Origin: Mytilus californianus
Lineage: Eukaryota
Length of the DNA stretch: 64,000 nt
Assembly (NCBI RefSeq): GCF_021869535.1
Contig: NW_026262668.1
Span: 104,904,001-104,968,000 of the forward strand
Direction of reading: 5' to 3'
Shown here: piece by piece, positions 15,701 through 27,700 of the stretch
Layout of the letters: every line of letters begins with the position of its first letter
How positions within the stretch are numbered: the stretch's first letter is position 1
Made by a program: the position numbers and the translations under genes
The notes under the pieces: model-generated
Told to the model about the DNA's origin: nothing
The model's input: only the letters and a program-made list of their open reading frames with translations
The model's database searches: none

Positions 15701-18700
15701 TGTAAGTAGCTGTTTTGTTTATGCATTGTTATGTTATTGGTTAAGGGCATGCATCTTGAGGAATTTAATTACAAAATGTTTCATTGGTTATTTGAATTTT
15801 GTCATATTTTGACATATTTGAATTTTTAACCCCTGCGTAACTTACACTTGTATTATAATCATCTAAAGTTTAATCTGTTAAATTGTTAACTAGAGGGAAT
15901 ATGGGATTATGCAACTACTTTATGCATGCAGTTTTGCTGGATTTTTATATTGTTTGGAGAAACAAGCTAAATAAATTGTTGCTCTGCTCAAATAATTGAC
16001 AAACCTTTTTTTTCCACATAATTCCAAACTTTACAAACCAGAACCTTCATCACATGTAAAGGAAGCATGCCTCCTGTAACCCAAATTTAGACATAGGAAG
16101 ATATTAATTGATCATATTATATTTCAGGCCGACTCGGTCAGAGACAAGCTAACACCAATTCAAGTGAATTTTAATTTTAAGTTAGCCAAGGATGATATAA
16201 ATGATGTTTTAGGTGGAAGGAAGAAGAGGCAGGCTTTGAATCTAAATTTAGAACCTGTACTAGACCAGTACACTCCTACTTTAGTTAAAGCTGAGGTATG
16301 TATAACTATATTTACTGCTACTCTAGTAAAGGCTGGGGTATTTATAACTATATTTACTCCTTCTTTGGTAAAAGCTTAGGTATTTATAACTATATTTACT
16401 CCTACTCTAGTAAAAGGCTGCTGTATTTTAAACCTCCTACTCTTATTAAAGACAGGTTTTACTCCTACTCTTAGTTTAGACAGGTATTTTAGGAGCAAGT
16501 TTTACACCCTTATCTAAGTAAAGACAGGTATTTTAGAACTAGGTTTTATGCCTACTCTAGTGAAGGCTGGTGTATTTATAACAAGGTTTTATTCCTACTC
16601 TAGAGAAGGCTAAAATATTTTACTCCTACTAAAAACAGCTAAGGTATTTTGTTACTAGGTTTTACCTCTACTCTTGTAAAGGCTGGGGTATTTATAACTA
16701 GGTTTTACCTGTACTCTTTAAAAGGCTGGGGTATTTATAACTAGGTTTTACCTGTACTTTTGTAAAGGCTGGGGTATTTATAACTAGGTTTTACCCCTAC
16801 TCTTGTAAAGGCTGGGGTATTTATAACTAGGTATTACTCCTACTCTTTAAAAGGCTGAGATATTTATAACTAGATTTTACTTCTACTCTTAATTAAGGCT
16901 GAGGTATTTATAACTAGGTCTTCAGGAAATTTTCTCATCACAGATCATAGTTCAACTCAAGCAATTTTCTCATCACAGATCATAGTTAAGACAACATATA
17001 TCAGGCAATTTTCTCATCACAGATCATAGTAAGACCACACATAACAGGCAATTTTCTCATCACAGATCATAGTTCAACTTAGACAACATGTATCAAGCAA
17101 TTTTCTCATCACAGATCATGGTTAAGACCACACATAACAAGCAATTTTCTCATCACAGATCATAGTAAGACCACACATAACAAGCAATTTTCTCATCACA
17201 GATCATAGTAAGACCACATATCAGAAAATTTTCTCATCACAGATCAAAGTTAGAAAAAATATAACAGGTGAATTCTCATCACAGATCTAAGTTGACAACA
17301 CATATCAGGCAATTTTCTCATCACAGATCTAAGTTAGACAACATATAACAGGCAATTTTCTCATCACAGATCTAAGTTAGACAACACATATCAGGCAATT
17401 TTCTCATCACAGATCTAAGTCAGACAACACAATTATCAGGCAATTTTCTCATCACAGATCAATGTTAGACAATTATTAAATATAACAGGCAAATCATCAC
17501 AGATAAAAGTTAGACCACATATCAGGCAATTTGCTCATCACAGATCAGAGTTAGACAATATATAACAGGTAAATTTCTCATCACAGACCAAAGTTAGAAA
17601 ACATATAACAGACAATTTCTCATCATAGACCAAAGTTAGAAAACATATAACAGACAATTTCTCATCACAGACCAAAGTTAGAAAACATATAAAAGACAAT
17701 TTCTCATCACAGACCAAAGTTAGAAAACATATAACAGACAATTCCTCATCACAGATCAAAGTTAGACAACACTTATCAGGCAATGTTCTCATCACAGATT
17801 AAAGTTAAAAAAAAAATATAACAGGCAGTTTTCTCATCTCGGATCTAAAAATTCACTCTTCCCAACAAACTTCTTTAAAACAAAAAAAAAAGATATCATA
17901 CTTTTACTTTAGGACCATCAATATCCTGATTAATTTGTATTGGAATAGATTTAGACCAGTAGAAAAGTAAGAAGCATCATTTTTGATATTATTTTTGGCA
18001 GATTTTATTTTTACCATCAGAAACTGGCCCAGAAATACCACAAAAATTAGATTATTGTGCAAATAACCTATTATATGGTAAATGTTGGTTTATTGAAGTT
18101 AGGAGAGAATGTTTAGTTTTTTCAATATATAAATCAGGCTATGGTTCTGAAGGATTAACTTATTTATTATGACCAATTCTGTCTATAGTCAGGTTAGGAG
18201 GAAATGTTGAGTTTTATTAATATATTGATATAGTTCTTTAGGATGAACTCATTTATGACTATTTCAGACTCTATTCATGATTCCAACAGCCATTCAGCTT
18301 TTAGCCATATTGCCTTCTATAGCTTTTTCAAAACTGTCCTAGCTGAAAGGTTGACAGTAGGAAGTCCAATTTTGCAATTCATGGTCCATATAATTTTTTA
18401 GCAGTGATATTTAAAGGTAAACTGTGATAAATTTACTGCTCTTTGGAAGAGGTAAAAATTGAAAAAAACTGAGGAAAATAGGCAAAATCAGGTGTGTTAG
18501 GAGTAATATGCTTGCTAGTACATCAAAAGTGTAGATCATAGATATTAACCATTGCCAGATCAGCTAAGGTGAATAAAAACTAGAAATCTTTAAATTTGAC
18601 ATTTTGGCTGGTAAATGTATACACTATTTATCTTCATTTATAATAAAGGACCCTTTAATTTTTACAAATTTGTAATTAGATTGGCAATGAAACACAAAAA

Positions 18701-21700
18701 AACTCCTACTATGTTTTTGTAAAAATGTGATTTTTTAGCTCACCTGGCTCATAGTCCACAATGTTGGGGAGTCTCCATTGTTGAAGATGCACATAGACCT
18801 AGGTGATCAACACAGGCTCTTTAGAGCTCTAGTTAAGCAAAACAACATTTTTAGATTAAATATTTAATTAAAATTGTTCATAAAGGGAAGCATTTAAAGG
18901 CAGATATTTCCGTAACTAAGGCACTAGGTGATACAAATTTCTCCCAGTACTAGAGGGAAATAATTTCTTATGATAAATGCTTTTAGGGTTTTGCTATTTC
19001 TTAGGGGTATAGATAATTTTGAAGTGACCTTTTTTACTTCATGCCATTCAATACTGCTTTCAGTGACAGACTGTGCAAACTTAAACAAGAAAATTATTTG
19101 ATTACAGGTTATCAAGTGCTGTATTTAGAGAATAAGTTCTATACTATCTTTGATACTTTTCAGGCCAATATTTTGAAAAACTGTGGTCCAGATGAAGTGT
19201 GTATTCCCGATCTGTCAGTATTACCATACTCGTAAGTCTTTGTGATTGTTATACAGTATCTCATATAATGGGGGGAAAAGCTATAAAAATAATGATCTAG
19301 GATTGTACAATGTATATAAAATGTAGTCAATAGTGTAATCACTGTAGGTTGTAGTGTCTGCCAATACTGACCTGACAATTATATTTGGTTATACCATCAG
19401 GAATGGCAGAAATTAACATATTTATGTGTACACTGCACATGTTTCAGAATTAATCTTCATCACATATAATCAAGACCAACAATTTGCAATTCTAAAATTT
19501 ATAAATATTTGGGAACATGACAAATTAAAAGTTCAAAAACTGAAAAACCATACCATTTAAGGTCAACCTGCCTATGGTAGTTGCTACCTTAGGTTAAGTA
19601 CAATTTCATACATGATACATATATTACATTAAATAATTCAAATCTCCCTTTGATATTGGTTGACATAGTTTTGACAAAGTTTGACAATATTTGATGTCAT
19701 GCAAAAGTCCATATCAAGTTTTGTACTGTGCATCAGTGTACCTGTACTTTATTTTTTATGCCATTATAGTCCTTGGACTGAGGAAATTTCGAGAGAAAAT
19801 TGTAGTTTTCCCCATCTTTTTACCCCTAGACAGGAAATTCCATACCTTTATTTACATGCATACAGTATTCAACTTAGTTTTAATCATAAAAGGATGGATA
19901 TATCTATATATATGCATATAATTGTTTTAGATTAACAAACCGTGTAACAATGGGTAATGAGGACAGCATAGATATCATAATAAACATTGCCAATAGAGGA
20001 GAGGATGCCTACGAAACTTATCTTTATGTGGATCTACCTAAAGGTGTAGAGTATAACGGAATAAGGAACCAGTTTGTAAGTGTATGCTTCATTTTAAGGT
20101 TAATATAAAAAAGGCCCGGGTTCAACCTGACATTTAAACAAGTTTATGATATATAAGGCTTAATTTGAAGTGTACTTATTTTTCTTAGGGCTAGTGTAAA
20201 CTATTAACATTACATAAAATGACCTAAATTCAACATTAAGCTTTTCTGAAACTTCTACAAACTTGAAAGAAGCTTTGCAGGACTGTACCTAACAGAAGGT
20301 CCTTTATCAAAGTTCAATATTTTGTATTTTAGATTGAATAAAAAAATATTGGCACTAAAGGAAATTTTTCTTCTTATTGGTCAGTTTTCTATATCTTTTC
20401 CTACAAAGCCAAATATTCATTTTAACATCCATGATGTCATTAATCCACAAAGGTTCCAATATAACCCTGTGGGAAAACAAATTTTATGTCCTTTATTTAA
20501 GATTGTCTACTATACATTTGGATTAAAAACATGACTGCAGAAGAGTTTTTTTTCTGAACAAATCAATATTCAGATTAGATTTCCTCTGAAATTTAAAATC
20601 CAAATCTTTTATACCCTTAAAGTAATGATAATATGATAGACCTTGTACATAAATCCTTCTGATTTTGAAAGTTGGCATACAAAGGGTCACAGAGTATTAT
20701 AGGATACAATGGGTTATGGCTGCCTCAAAGATTAACCCTCTGAATCTTCTCTGATACAATTTTGTCAAATTGAACCCAACTTGAAGAAAAATGGAAGGTT
20801 GTTTTAAGAAATTCCTCAGCTGCTACAAAAAAGGTCGGTGATACGAGTTAATGTGATGACTAAGTGTTCGAAAATTTTCATTTCATGAATTAAATTTTTT
20901 TCGAGTTTTATTGATACACTTCATGAGTATTTAAAAAGATAAAGTGTGATGTAAGATATGATGGATGTTTTAACTATTGCTTTATAGGATTTTAAGAACA
21001 TGAAAAGATGTAAAATATATGTTTCAGCTTCAAATTAACAACTTAATATGTTAGAATTGTCTCAGGCAATGTATTTTTTTTCTAATGCATAACTGTTTAC
21101 TCTTTAACCAAATACAGTCTGTGACATTGATCCACCTTGATTTTTAATGGACATAACTTGTAAGAGATACATAAATTTTATTTCAGAATGCTCCAATCTG
21201 TGAATGGTTAGGTAGAAATAATGCATCATACAATTTGGTGAACTGTTCTATTGGTAATCCATTCCAAGCAAATAGAAAGGTAGGTATTTTAAGAAATTAC
21301 TTGATTTTTAACATTTTAGTGATGGATTTCTTTTTGCTTAAAAAAAACTACAGCTTAATACATTACTGAAATTAAACTGTGTATTCATGACTAACAACTG
21401 ATTTTTCTCTCCTGATTATTTATGAAAGTGTATCTTGTTTCTGATATTGATAAAAGATATGACCAATAAAAAGTCATTCCTAAATGATTTTACAAACTTT
21501 CAAATTGCCATTTTTATTAAGTCTCCCAAACGAAGTTTGGGAAGACTTATTGTTTTTGCTCAGTTCTTATTATTATTATTATTATTCTTCTTCTTCTTCT
21601 TCCGCCGCTTTTAAATTTGAACTTGTCCGCACCCGTTCTCCAAAACCGCTTGTCAGATTAACTTAGGGTTTCACAATATGTTAGACTAACATGTCTAGTG

Positions 21701-24700
21701 GTGCAATCAGGGTTTTGTTTGTGCAATGGGGTTTATAAAGGGGTACTTTGAGGGGCAAAAAGAAAAGAGGGTTTTACTATAGAACCCTATGGGATTTTAT
21801 TTTTTTAAATTTTCAAATGATTATAAATTGAAAACCGTTTGTGATAGACACAATCTTTTTAATTGAAAATGTTCTAAATGATAAAGCCCATTAAATGAAA
21901 TACAGGGTTAGTCCCCAGGGGTCACCCCCACCCCCTGCCATTTAAGAAAGTTCTAATACCTTGTAAGTGGTCAAGATCCCCACCCCTAAACCATATATAT
22001 TTTGGTTTGTTATGCTAAGATAGTTTGAATGATATACAGGGTTAGTCCCCAGGGGTCACCCCGACCCCCTGCCATTTGAGAAAGTTCTAATATCTTGTAA
22101 ATGGTCGAGATCCCCACCCCTAAACCATATATATTCTGGTTTGTCATGACAAAGCACATCAAATGAAATACAGGGTTAGTCCCCAGGGGTCACCCCCACC
22201 CCCTGCCATTAAAGAAAGTTCTAATATCTTCTAAGTGGTCAAGATCCCCACCCCTAAACCATATATATTCTGGTTTGTCATGCTAAGATGGTTTGAATGA
22301 TATACAGGGTTAGTCCCCAGGGGTTATCCCGACCCCCTGCCATTTGAGAAAGTTCTAATATCTTGTAAATGGTCGAGATCCCCACCCCTAAACCATATAT
22401 ATTCTGGTTTGTCATGATAAAGCACATCATATGAAATACAGGGTTAGTCCCCAGGGGTCACCCCCACCCCCTGCCATTAAGAAAATTCTAATATCTTGTA
22501 AGTGGTCAAGATCCCCACCCCTAAACCATATATATTCTGGTTTTTCATGCTAAGATGGTTTGAATGATATACAGGGTTAGTCCCCAGGGGTCATCCCGAC
22601 CCCCTGCCATTTGAGAAAGTTCTAATATCTTGTAAATGGTCGAGATCCCCACCCCTAAACCATATATATTCTGGTTTGTCATGATAAAGCACATCATATG
22701 AAATACAGGGTTAGTCCCCAGGGGTCACCTCCACCCCCTGCCATTTAAGAAAGTTCTAATATCTTGTAAGTGGTCAAGATCCCCACCCCTAAACCATATA
22801 TATTCTGGTTTGTCATGCTAAGATGGTTTGAATGATATACAGGGTTAGTCCCCAGGGGTCATCCCGACCCCCTGCCATTTGAGAAAGTTCAAATATCTTG
22901 TAAATGGTCGAGATCCCCACCCCTAAACCATATATATTCTGGTTTGTCATGATAAAGCACTTCAAATGAAATACAGGGTTAGTCCCCAGGGGTCACCCCA
23001 CCCCCTGCCATTTGAGAAAGTTCTTATATCTTGTAAATGGTAGAGATCCCCACCCCTAAACCATATATATTCCTATTTGTCATGTCTCGAACATTTGAAT
23101 GACATATATGGTCAGTCCCCAGGGGTCCCCCCCCACCCCCAATGTTCTAATATCTTGTAAATGGTTGAGATCCCCACCCCTAAACCATATATATTCCTGT
23201 TCGTCATGTAATGAACATTTGAATGACGTATAGGGCCAGTCCCAAGGGGTTCCTCCCCACCCCCAATGTTCTAGTATCTTGTAAATGGTCGAGATCCCCA
23301 CCCCTAAACCATATATATTCTGGTTTGTCATGCCAAGATGATTTGAATGATATACAAGGTTAGTCCCCAGGCATCACTAATGCATATAACTTTACTGGAC
23401 CAAACCAATTTTCACTGGAAGTTGCCCAATGTCAGGCGACCCTGGGAATTTCGAATTATGGGAGCTTCGTTTGGGAGACTTCGTAACAGCATCCTGTTAC
23501 ATTCATTTCTTGTTTTAGTATAGCATTTGAAAATCAGAAGTTCCAGATGATATTTCTGTCAAAAAGTCATATTTTATGGCCTCTCTTATTGTTCATGAGA
23601 AATATTTTTTAAAGTAATTTGACCCACCTTCAAAGACTAATTGTATCATAAGACCCCATTCTCTTTTCTGAGATGATGGCCTCATGAAAAGGGACTGCTG
23701 TTTAAGTTGACTAGAAATAAATATTAAAAATTATATTTATTTTAATTAGAATTAAATTGCAGTTATATTCATAGGTGTCTCATTTTTTTGTTCATAAATT
23801 TTAGTTAGCAATATATGATTTCAATCCTCATGTGATGCCTGGAATCAATATTCATGAAATATTTTGTACTTTGGATTTTCAAGTAAAAAAAAAGTATTTA
23901 AGTTACTGGTTGATTTATCAACATTAAAAAAACAATTTTATGACATAGATGATTGGTTATGTTTGTTTAAACTCTGATAAATATTTTCTATGTTTCAGAC
24001 TAACTTTACAATGAGGGTTTACCCAACCAAAGTAGATGGTCAATCTAAAGATTTAGTGTTTTCTTTCAGAATAAATAGGTAACTATTTATTTTATAACTG
24101 TCAAGTTGTAAGGAATTATCACATTATGGTCATAAAACATAGTGCTATATGTCATATGTGTTTAGTAAGAAAAAGAAAAAAAACCTTATTATGCTGTTTT
24201 GACAACAATATCTATACCAGAAAAGACACAACAAAGAATCTGTTGTATTCTAATACTAAGCATACATACGTTTGATAATAATTTTTAATGACTTACAGCT
24301 TTTATAATAATACCCCCTGCTTACTAAAGTGAGATGTATATAGTGATAGAGGAGTCCATCCATTATTTTGCCACTCTGGATCTTCTGTCCAACTTTTGTA
24401 TCTGCAACTGCTCCTGAACCACTTAATAGAATTATGTAAAACATTCACAGAATCTTACTCACATGCTGCACTTTTGAACCTCCTATTTCATTGCTTCATC
24501 TTAATGATTTTGGGATTAATTTTAGGATAGCATGTACTTTGTCAAATCTAGACACAATTGTGTAGATTATCATCAAATAGGCAGATATTTTTTTCTTTTT
24601 TTGGTGGAGCTGGGTTAGAGTTCAGGGAAAAATCAAAAATACGATGTATTTACTCATAGTTTTCATGATTAAATGTCGAATTAATAACCTTTTTCAAATT

Positions 24701-27700
24701 GGTCAGGAATAAAAATCTATTTTGACAAAACCAATGAACATGATGAATACATGTGATATTTTTGCAAATACACAACTATGAACGGAAGTGGTTGTAAAAA
24801 CATATAAAGTAAACTCAAATTTATAATAGTGTGAAGCAATAGTTTGGTTCAGGATCTGAAATGTTATAAAATGCAAGTAAGATTTGTCTCAACTGTCATG
24901 TTTTAAAGAATAGAACAATCATTGCACCAGAAACCTGTGACGATCAATAAGTACAGAGTAGGTAACTTGTAGAAAAAATCAGTAATATGAAAATAGTCTA
25001 TTTTGCTATGGGAGTAATGTATGCACACATTTAAATACACTCTGTAGAAATATAAGATTATAAAATATTCTATTTTCTTCTGTGGTATATTAACTTAAGT
25101 TCAAGTAAATTAAATCAGGGAGTTATTCACCTGACTTCATTGACGATTTAGCCTTCAGAAATATACACCTTTTTTTGTAGTACTAATCCAGAGAATAAAT
25201 TGAACCTGACAGACAATCAGTTTGACATTAATATACTCCTACAACAGTCTGCTAACCTAACTATGATTGGGTAAGTTATACTCCCTACAACAGTCTGCTA
25301 ACCTAACTATGATTGGATAAGTTATACTCCCTACAACAGTCTGCTAACCTAACTATGATTTGGGTAAGTTAAACTCCTACAGAAGTCTGCTAACCTAACT
25401 AAGATTGGGTAAGTTAAACTCCTACAGGAGTCTGCTAACCTAAGTATGACTGGGTAAGTTTAACTTCTACAACAGTCTGCTAACCTAACTATGACTGGGT
25501 AAGTTATGCTCTCTTCAACAGTCTGCTAATCTAACTATGACTGGGTTAGTAAAAACTCCTACAACAATCTGCTAACCTGACTATGACTGGGTAAGTTATA
25601 CTCCTACAACAGTCTGCTAACCTAACTATGACTGGGTAAGTTATACTCCTCCAACAATCCTCTAACCTTAATTTGACTGGGTAAGTTATGTATAGTACTT
25701 GCTATCTGCATTTAAATTTATAGAATAACTAATCCAATAATTCTAATGTAGAAAAATATTCAGTGAGTGACAGAACAACACATGAATTCATGAATGTGCT
25801 TAAATCAACATGTAAATTCCGAAATTATAGCGAGGTTATTGCGAATATGTGACTGGGTCAGTATAGCAATAATAAGAATTCGCATTCTGATATCTGATAC
25901 ATATATCTGCATGCAATTATTCCTGAAATCGCAATAATTAATCTCGTATTTTTGTTCATTCTTCAAAAATGCAAAAATAAATGTATGCAATAATTTCTGA
26001 ATTTATAATATCTCAGACAAGTTATATAATGGTGGACGATCGACTTTTTTTAAAAGAGTTATGACCCTTGGAAATATTAAATTTATGGAAAATGGTCTCA
26101 TTAGCTCTCTCATGGGTACAATTCTTGCCAGATTTTTATAAAACTTATACTAAGGTTAATATCAGCAATATCTCAGACAAGTTCTATAATGGTGGACAAT
26201 CGACTTTTTTTAAAAGAGTTATGACCCTTGGAAATATTAAATTTATTGAAAATGGCCTCCTTAGCGCTCTCACAGGCACAATTTTTTATAAAACTTATAG
26301 TATACTATTAGTAATGCCCTTGAAGGTCTGTTTGAAATATTTAATATACAATAATAAAAACTTTTTTGTCCCCCGCGCACGTTTTTTATTTATAAATTGT
26401 TTTAAAGAACAACAAAAAAAAGTGTTTTTTTTTTTAGTTACTGCCCCTGAATAGATAAAATATGTGCAACACGAGGGACATTGGAACTCTGTTCTTTTAT
26501 GATTTTTTTTTATCTCAGATGATTGATTGATATCAAGTTTGGTGGTTAGAAAAGTACTTTCTTCTATTGTATATGCCCATGATATTTACATTTCTCTTCA
26601 CAATTCACAACAAAAATGGTTTAACTTGAATATGCTGTCTCTTCTAAAATTGTAAATGAATGTTGTGTCTCTAGATATTTCACATATATATCGATTTGTT
26701 TTTTTATAAAGAATGCTTTGTTTGTTAATATAGAGAGACAGGAAATGATAAAGAACAAGTGGTTTACAATGATGTTTTGGTGGAGAAGTATAAAGACACT
26801 GGGTTTGGTCCTACTGTGGTCCATGAATATAAAGTAAGTAATATGATCTGCATTAGTCTATCTTTTTTAAGTTAGGCTCAATATTAAAGACATCTCTGGG
26901 GACGTATTATGGTATACAAATATCCAGTGTCCGTCTGTCTGTCTGTCTATCCGTCTGTCCGTCTGTCTGGCGTCCACATGTCGCACCATAACTTGAGAAC
27001 GACTTATCCAAATTTCATGAAACTTAACATAGTTGTTTCTTATGATGGTCAAACGCTCTGAATACTTTTTGGTGAAAATAAGATTAAAACTTTTTGAGTT
27101 ACGGGACTTTGTAACTAAAACAGGGGGGTGTTTTTTTTCACATGTCACGCTGTATCTAAAAAAGGATTTATGATTATTGCTTAAAACTTTACACACTTCT
27201 TAGTTATATTAATCTTAAGATCTGTATACTTTTTGGTGATGATTCAAAATTTTATTTTAGAGTTTTTGATTTTTTTGTAAAATAAGGGGGGGTTTTCACA
27301 TGTCGCGACATATCTCAAAAACAATTTATGATTATTGCTTAAAACTTTACACACTTCTTAATTATACTAATCTAAAGATCTGTATACTTTTTGGTGATGA
27401 TTCAAAATTTTATTTTAGAGTTATTGAATTTTTTATAAAAAAAGGGGGGTATAATTGCCATTTAGACAAAAGGATAAAGATAGGAACAACTACAGATCAC
27501 TTAATGGCCTTCAACAATTAGCAAAACCATACCATATACATGTAGTAAGCTATAAAAAGCCCCAGTATGGCAAAATGTGAAACTATTCAAAAGAAAAAAA
27601 TTGAGGCCTGATTTTTTGCTACAATAATGAACGGGAAAGCAAAAACATCAACCAACAACAACCACTGGATTACAGTAGTCGACAGGCACATAAAGAATGT

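Noticed and set aside
17538-17795. 85-aa minus-strand ORF with LTLVCDEKLSVICF repeats
   Set aside because: Translation of a 42-bp non-coding minisatellite; neighbouring units break frame and there is no gene context
16269-17840. Regularly spaced repeats resembling a CRISPR array (also 21890-23372, 25233-25690, 62990-63480)
   Set aside because: Units are head-to-tail with no unique spacers, there are no cas genes, and the context is eukaryotic introns
21484-21666. ORF with YYYYY/SSSSSS runs
   Set aside because: Translation of the (TTA)n(TTC)n microsatellite of a HINE
23080-23331. 83-aa minus-strand ORF with GWGG repeats
   Set aside because: Chance frame through satellite monomers
26068-26454. 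128-aa ORF with an internal repeat
   Set aside because: Arises from a 160-bp tandem duplication in repeat DNA; no recognisable domain or fitting splice sites
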